Positions 56,601 through 64,000 of a stretch of DNA of 64,000 bases are shown in pieces. The translations under genes and the position numbers were made by a program. Under the pieces are notes generated by a model. The model did not search any database. It worked only from the letters and a program-made list of their open reading frames with translations, and was not told the DNA's origin. The DNA lies in contig OZ024741.1 of the NCBI GenBank assembly GCA_964016885.1, positions 104,718,001 through 104,782,000 on the forward strand. Direction: 5' to 3'. Each line of letters begins with the position of its first letter. The first letter of the stretch is position 1. The DNA comes from Eledone cirrhosa (taxonomy: Eukaryota).

Positions 56601-58552
56601 GGCTTTGGTGGGGCTCTGATCAACTTGGATCAATCTAAGGCGTTCGATAGGGTCGACCATGGTTACCTGGATGCGGTGCTAGCGGCGGCAGGCTTCGAAC
56701 TCGTTTTCAGGGGCTGGATCAAGGCCATGCACAGCAGCCGCATCTGCTCTAGGGTCAAGTGAACGGCTACCTCTCGGAGCCGTTCGAAATCGCGCGCTCC
56801 ATCCGACAAGGGTGCCCTCTCTCCTCCCTTCTGTATGTAATGACTCTAGAGCCACTGCTGCGGAAGTTGGAGTTGTTGCAGGGCATCCCGTTGGAACCGG
56901 GATTGCGGAAAGCGGTGTCGGCCTACGCCAATGACATAACAGTAATGGTGTCGACGGCCTCGGAAATGGGGGCGATCGGCACCTTACTGGAGGAGTACGA
57001 AAGGTTTCCAGGGGCTAAGCTGAACCGGGACAAGTCGATAGGTCTGCAACTCGGCACGTGGAGGGGCAGATCGATGCCCTCCGATGGCGTCGTCGGGCGC
57101 TGGACGGAGGGCCCGGTGAAGTTGCTCGGGGTCTGGTTCGGACCAGACCTCCAGGTGAAGAAGAACTGGGGTGAGGTAACGAACAGGGTGTTTGCACTGA
57201 CCCAGAAGTGGGCCGAGTGCAAACTGTCCCTGAAAGGCCGGGCGGAGGTGGCGAACACTTATATAGCGTCCGTCATCTTCTACCGCCTGACCGTTGTGCC
57301 TTGCCCAAGGGAAACGCTCGCCAGAATGGAGCGCGTACTCTTCCAATTCCTTTGGAAGAAGCGGGCTCCTATGGTGAGGAGATCCATCTGCTGTCAACAC
57401 CCTTCGAAAGGATGGCTGGGAATGCCGTGGCTAATGATACGTAAACACGCATTAAGGTATTCCTCACCGGTCAACCGGTGTGGGCCCCGTTTGTGAGGCG
57501 AGCCTTTCCCAGACTCGTCTCACTCACCGAGCTGCAATCCTGGGTCAAGCAAAGACCGAGAAAACTGGGCGCCTGGCACACTGAGTGTGCCCAGGCGCTC
57601 ACCGCCCTCTGGCAGGCGGACCCGGCTGTCAGTGGAGAATCCACCTCGTCATTCTATAGAGGGCTGGTGGTTAGCAGGTGCGACGACGCCCTCGGAGAAG
57701 CCCTAGGCATGGAGGAAGATGAACTGGCCAACCTGTTCGGTAGGATTCAGCCCGGGACCCATGGATAACTTCCAGAGGTCCCTGGCCTGGCAGTGCTATC
57801 GAGGAGCTCTGCCCGTTCGAGAAAGGCTCTACAGACACGGGCGCCCGGGTAGGGACCCCTCGAAAAAGATCTGTCCCAGATGCGTGTGCGACGAGGAAAC
57901 CGTTGCACACGCATTGGTACACTGCTCGGGCATTGCCGATCTGTGGGGTTATGTCGAACAACTGCTGTCAAGGGTGGGACCGATCCGGTTGACCACCGAG
58001 TCTATTGTAACGATCAAGCCTCCTCCCCTCTTCAAAAACGAAGGAGAGGCGGTGTTTCTGTGCGTAATAGCCATGGCGAAAGAGGTTGTATGGTGGACGC
58101 GTCTGAAAGGTCTGAGGCTAGACACCTTTCTCTCTGGCCAACAACTGGTCCGTTTCTTCCGATATCATTTCGGAAGAAGGATCAGGATGGAGAGAGAGGT
58201 GCTGCACCCCAGCCGTTTTTATGAAAGATGGGTGAAAGTGGCGAGAATGGCCCGTGTGAATGGGCCTTCACTCTACATCAGACTATAGGTGAGGAAGATG
58301 AAAGATCAAGGGAGCACCCCCTCTCTGTGCTCCTGAGGAGAAGGGTTGCACACTTTTTTTCGGGGGTGTGTGCGACCCCCCAAGGCGCCTCCTCCCTATT
58401 GAGGATTTTGTTATAAAATTTATTTTGTTATATTTTATTTTATTTTTATATTTTGTTATTGCCTCCTCCTTATTGAGGACGCCCTTTCATGTAAACTCCC
58501 TCCATTGTACTTGTCCCATTTTTTAATGCTCTGGTGGCAAATAAAAAGAAAG

Positions 58553-58553
<1 letters not shown>
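53646..58553 (+). mobile_element. Tx1 family B copy 2, with 5' end, ORF1 internally deleted, ORF2 (54871-58288) disrupted
   Basis: VSFAQTARK in ORF1, CLNARGL at the ORF2 start, RT motifs; (TATC)n at both ends. Confidence 0.92.
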
Positions 58554-58632
<79 letters not shown>

Positions 58633-61445
58633 AAGGTTCTAGCTGCGGATAGGAATAGGAAGGAAAGGGAGCTAATAGATAGAGTAGAAGAGGCAATTAG
58701 AAGCGGCGACGTGGCCAGAGTGCTAGCGTCGAGAATGGCTTTGAGCCAGTTTTTCGACGCGAAGCACGAAGGCTGCGTTGTCCGAAGTAAAATACGTGCT
58801 CTAGGGAACGAGGGGACCAAAGCTGTTAGCTGGGCCCGCGTGACAGAGGCCAACAGTAGAACTAAATCCACCATCCGGTCTTTGCGAGACCTGGATGGAC
58901 GGGCGATTCTTGAGCCTAAGCAGATGTGTGAGGCCTTTCAAAGGCACTTTGCCCGACTGTTCGGGAGGGGCGGGGAGCCGGTTGGGAACGTGGACTTCGG
59001 TCCATACCTCGACGGCCTGCCGCGCCTCTCGGACAGGGGAGCGAAGTCCTGCGAGGAGCCGATTTCGGCCGCTGAGATAGAGGACGTGCTGAGCCAATGC
59101 GGCAAACGCAAATCCCCGGGTCTCGATGGTCTTCCTTACGAATTATATCTAGCTATGCCGGACTTGTTCCCCCATCACCTCGAGGCGGTCTACTGCAACT
59201 GGCTACAGAACGGGAGAATTCCCTGTACTGTGACCAAGGGCGTAGTCACGCTAGTGAGGAAGGACGAGAACAAGGGGGACGAAATAAGTAACTTTAGGCC
59301 CATAACTCTGCTAAATACAGAGTTACAGATTTTGGCCAAGGTGCTAGCAAAGAGGTTGGCGCTTGTTGTGGGCAACCTGGTGGGAGATGCGCAGACATGC
59401 GCTATCCCGTCCAGGTCCATCCATGACAACCTCCACCTCATGCGATACATCATAGAGAGGGTTGGGAACGAACCCGGCTTTGGTGGGGCTCTGATCAACT
59501 TGGATCAATCTAAGGCGTTCGATAGGGTCGACCATAGTTACCTGGATGCGGTGCTAGCGGCGGCAGGCTTCGGACCCGTTTCCAGGGGCTGGATCACTGC
59601 TATGCACAGCAGCCGCATCTGCTCTAGGGTCAAGGTGAACGGCTACCTCTCGGAGCCGTTCAAAATCGCGCGGTCCATCCGACAAGGGTGCCCTCTCTCC
59701 TCCCTTCTGTATGTGTTGACTCTCGAGCCACTACTGCGGAAGTTGGAGTTGTTGCAGGGCATCCCTTTGGAACCGGGATTGAGGAAAGCGGTGTCGGCCT
59801 ACGCCGATGACGTGACAGTAATGGTGTCGACGGCCTCCGAAATCGAGGCGGTCGGCACCTTACTGGAGGAGTACGAAAAGTTCACAGGGGCTAAGCTGAA
59901 CCGGGACAAGTCGATCGGTTTGCAACTCGGCACGTGGAGGGGCAGACCGATGCCCTCCGATGGCGTCGTCGGACGCTGGACGGAGGGCCCGGTGAAGTTG
60001 CTCGGGGTCTGGTTCGGACCGGACCTCCAGGTGGAGAAAAACAGGGCGGAGGTTACGAACAGGGTGTTTGCACTGACCCAGAAGTGGGCCAGTTGCAAAC
60101 TATCCCTGAAAGGTCGGGCGGAGGTGGCGAACACCTACATAGCGTCCGTCATCTACTACCGCCTGACCGTAGTGCCCTGCCAAAGGGAAACCCTCACCAA
60201 GATGGAGCGCGCGCTCTTCCAATTCCTTTGGAAGAGGCGGGCTCCTATGGTGAGGAGATCCATCTGCTGTCAACACCCTTCGAAAGGAGGGCTGGGGATG
60301 CCGTGGCTAATGATGCGTAAACACGCATTAAGGCTACGCACCTCTACGTATTCCTCACCGGACAACCGGTGTGGGCCTCGTTTGTGAGACGAACCTTTCC
60401 CAGACTCGTCTCACTCACCGAGCTGCAATCCTGGGTCAAGCAAAGACCGAGAAAACTGGGCGCCTGGCACACTGAGTGTGCCCAGGCGCTCACCGCCCTC
60501 TGGCAGGCGGATCCGGTTATCAGTGGAGACTCCACCGCAACATTCTATAGAGGGCTGGTACGTAGCAGGTGCGACGACGCCCTCGGAGAAGCCCTAGACA
60601 TGGAGGAGGACGAACTGGCCAGCCTGTTCGGTAGGACATTCAGCCCGGGACCTATGGACAACTTCCAGAAGTCCCTGGCCTGGCAGTGCTACCGAGGAAC
60701 TTTACCCGTTCGAGAAAGGCTCTACAGACACGGGCGCCCGGGTAGGGACCCCGCCAAAAAGATCTGTCCCAGATGCGTGTGCGACGAGGAAACCGTTGCA
60801 CACGCATTGGTACACTGCTCGGGCGTAGCCGATCTGTGGGGCTATGTCGAACAACTGCTGTCAAGGGTGGGACCGATCCGGTTGACCACCGAGTCTATTG
60901 TAATGATCAAGCCGCCTCCCCCCTTCAAAGATGAAGCAGAGGCGGTGTTTCTGTGCGTAATAGCCATGGCGAAAGAGGTTGTATGGTGGACGCGTCTGAA
61001 AGGACTGAGGTCAGGCACCTTTCTCTCTGGCCAACAACTGGTCCGTTTCTTCCGATATCATTTCGGAAGAAGGATCAGGATGGAGAGAGAGGTGCTGCAC
61101 CCCAGCCGTTTCTATGAAAGATGGGTGAAAGTGGCGAGAATGGCCTGTGTGAATGGGCCTTCACTCTACATCAGACTATAGGTGAGGTAGATGAAAGACC
61201 AAGGGAGCACCCCTTCTCTGTGCTCCTGAGGAGAAGGGTTGCACACTTTTTTCGGGGGTGTGTGCGACCCCCCAAGGCGCCTCCTCTCTATTGAGGATTT
61301 TGTTATAAATTTTATTTTTTGTTATATTTTATTTTATTTTTATATTTTGTTATTGCCTCCTCCTTATTGAGGACGCCTTTTTGTGTAAACTCCCCCCTTT
61401 GTACTTGTCCCACTTTTGATGCCCTAGTGGCAAATAAAAGAAACA
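58633..61445 (+). mobile_element. Tx1 family B copy 3, 5'-truncated after the endonuclease
   Basis: Begins directly at (TATC)n. RT motifs retained (KAFD, RQGCPLS, YADD), frameshift at ~60342, stop at 61181, 3' end GTGGCAAATAAAAGAAACA+(TATC)n. Confidence 0.93.
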
Positions 61446-61449
61446 TATC

Positions 61450-61480
<31 letters not shown>

Positions 61481-61713
61481 TTATCTATCTAACTATCTAT
61501 CTATCAATATATATATATATATATACGTATACACACCCACACATATATATAATTTTAATAGGGAGTCAACTAACCAGGGATGTGCAATTCACATTCTAGT
61601 CCGTCGGCGGTGAGGCAGATAGATAGATAGATGAATATATTGTTATACTTTGGGAGGGTCATGCTGCCAATAAAAATACACACACTTGATAGTTTTCAAT
61701 TCAATTTATTATA

Positions 61714-61947
61714 AACTAGCAGTAAAGCCCGGCGTTGCTCGGGGCTGCTCAGTAGCTGTGTTAAAGTTACAATGTTAAGTTCCTTTCTTGGCTTAAAAAC
61801 TGTAGAATCTACAGTGTAGACTTTCATGTGGTACTTTTGATCAATATTCCCTCAACCAACAGTATGCCTCATGAAATTAAGAAAACATAACCATAACTCG
61901 AATGTTAAAACAAAAGATGATGCTGGGGATAAAAACTGCACTGGTAA
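61714..61947 (+). mobile_element. Helentron/HINE-like non-autonomous element end
   Basis: ACTAGCAGTAAAGCCCGGCGTTGCTCGGG: ACTAG plus a CCCG..CGGG hairpin resembles HINE/DINE-type ends. 71 bp repeated at 63867-63937. Confidence 0.55.
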
Positions 61948-63300
61948 CACCGTGTAACATATTTTTGTTCCCCGGTTCTAAGTATCATTTCCTGGTTTGT
62001 TATATCCAATTATTATAAAAAAAACACTATTACTTAATCAGAAGTTTGGGTTTGTGGTCAGGAGTTTGATATTTCAAAATTTTCATATTTTTCAAGAAAA
62101 AACACATTTTTTTAAATTTATCAGTTCATATAATTAAATCAACAGAGTATATATTTATTTTATTACACAAGCTTATCAAAAGCAAACAAGTAAAAACAAA
62201 TAACATTTATAAAGCAACTTATACACGTCAGAAATGACTGAATTTCCTGGATTTGCGGTTGTAGTCCAGGTCGCATTCCCGCACTAGCCCCCAGATATAG
62301 TCGCCCATCATTTTTTCATTGTAGTGGCCCTGGTACCTCCGCTCTATCTCTTTCACAACTTGGTGGAATCGTTCGCCTTGTTCTTCTGAGTAGGCGCCCA
62401 TATTGTCCTTGAATTTTTCCAGGTGAGCGTCCATCGTATGGAGTTTAAGCGACATCCTGCATCCCATGGCGCCAAAAGCCTTTATCAGATCCTGCACCAG
62501 TTGCTGGTAGTTTTCAGCTCTGTAGTTGCCCAGGAAGCCCTTAACAGTTCCATGCTGTTCTCTCAATCCTATTGAGCTTATTGGAGAACTCGGTAGACTC
62601 AAACACCTTCTTTATCTGAGGTCCAACAAAAATTCCACCTTTGATTTTGGCTTCAGATAACTTGGGGAAGAACTCAAGAAGGTACTTAAAAGCGGCTGAT
62701 TCTTGGTTGAGAGCCTTCACAAACTGCTTCATCAACCCCAACTTAATGTACAGTAGCAGCATGAGACAATCCTGGGATCAACCAGTGGCTCCCACATGAC
62801 GTTCCGGGTCCCAACTACAAATTATGTTCGCTGCTCCCAGTTCTTTCTTTTGTAGTGGTCAGAGGTGGCTCTGCTGTCCCAAAGGCAGAGGAAGCATTGG
62901 AATTTGATAAAGCCTCCTTGGAGTCCAAGCAGGAAAGTCACTATCTTGAAGTCTCCAATGATTTCCCAATTGTACTGGTTGTATTGCAGAGCTTCCAAGA
63001 GGACTTTCACACTGTAGTAATCTTCCTTCAGGCAGACTGAATGAGCTAGGGGCAGTGTCCTGAACTTGTTTCCATTGTGGAGGAGGACAGCCTTCACACT
63101 TGTGGTGGAACTGTCTATAAATAGCCGCCACTCCTTGGGCACAAACGGCACCCCAATAACGTCAAACAGTCCAGGCACGTCATGGCAGAAGCAGAGGCCA
63201 TCCCTAAGAGTGTAAAAGCCTGAGAAAGGTTCGTGTCGACTTTTCTGACTTGTCACCTGCACTTCCTCCTTGACCAAGTTCCACTGCTTCATCCTGGAGA
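61948..63300 (-). mobile_element. Chapaev3-like (CMC superfamily) DNA transposon, 5'-truncated
   Basis: Terminus TAA|CACCGTG (CAC end, TWA site) and transposase remnants. Confidence 0.75.
62228..63292 (-). pseudogene. DDE transposase remnant (Chapaev3-type as recalled)
   Basis: WRLFIDSS, GDFK, CFLCLWDSR, YIKLGLMKQFVKAL, MSLKLH..H and SEEQGERFHQ across three frameshifted ORFs. Confidence 0.8.
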
Positions 63301-63866
63301 CGAATGCTTAAAACACAACTTACCCTTTATTCAGGGTGCGAAAATCCAGTATCAATAAATCTCTTCAATCCACTTTTTAACAATTTTATACTTTATTGCA
63401 TTTTTATAATTTTCTTTAGGTATTACTCTTTATTTTATAATTTTAATTTAACCTGAAACATATATAAAAAAATCATTTAACATAAGCAAATTAAACTTAC
63501 ATGCAACGTAAAATCCAGCATACAAATAATTCTAATGAATAGCTTAGAATTTTTACATACCCAAACTTTTAACTGTTTAATAGCAGGTTTTTTATTATTT
63601 ATTTGGGACCTAAGCAACACAAAAAAGTGATTACAAGCCAGGAACAGAGAAAAAGATTTTTTTGTTACACGGCGTAATCTATTAACAAAAATCGAAAATG
63701 TAAACACTGCAACACTTGTCTCAGAGAAAAACATCAGCGTAACCAAACTATCAGTTATTTTGAAACAAAGAAATTGGATGGACATGAAAAACAAAAAAAA
63801 AAAAATGCAATTTTATCACCTATCACCTCTCTGCACGACTGTCTGTCTGCACAACTTTATCGCCTA

Positions 63867-64000
63867 TAGCAGTAAAGCCCGGCGTTGCTCGGGGCTGCTC
63901 AGTAGCTGTGTTAAAGTTACAATGTTAAGTTCCTTTCACATTCATCTGTAGAACAAACGTAATCCATGTGTCAAATTTTGTGAAAATCGGTTGCGAACTC
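63867..64000 (+). mobile_element. Second Helentron/HINE-like end
   Basis: Identical to 61717-61787 for 71 bp, then TGTGTCAAATTTTGTGAAAATCGG. Confidence 0.55.

Noticed and set aside
58534-60387. 617-aa ORF starting MANKKKVIYLSIYLS as a novel fusion protein
   Set aside because: It starts at a GTG in the upstream element's 3' end and reads through stop-free (TATC)n into a truncated ORF2; a chance frame alignment.

Overview
Eukaryotic, repeat-saturated DNA with no recognisable host gene. The SINE fragments and microsatellite load resemble cephalopod/octopus DNA (inference). The window is dominated by non-LTR retrotransposons, and each family sits in its own microsatellite motif with fixed polarity. 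(1) 15.16-40.73 kb is one (TTA)n tract expanded into a ~25.6-kb nest, with Tx1-clade (L1-group, APE-RT) copies always on + and R4/Dong-type (RT-CCHC-restriction-like endonuclease) copies always on -. (2) 47.8-61.5 kb is a head-to-tail array of three related Tx1 elements bounded and separated by (TATC)n. (3) A Neptune-like Penelope element and further Penelope-like ends with hammerhead cores abut (TA)n. (4) RTE-derived non-autonomous elements abut (TATG)n. Other observations: a strong splice donor at the ORF1 end of all five Tx1 copies that retain it, with a candidate acceptor in the 3' UTR; an ORF1 swap between near-identical Tx1 copies; a TATA-containing motif shared by two divergent Dong families; a covarying Tx1 3' stem-loop; and decayed DNA transposons (Chapaev3-like, maT, pogo-type MITE, Helentron-like). 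All calls are from reading the sequence; no searches were run.
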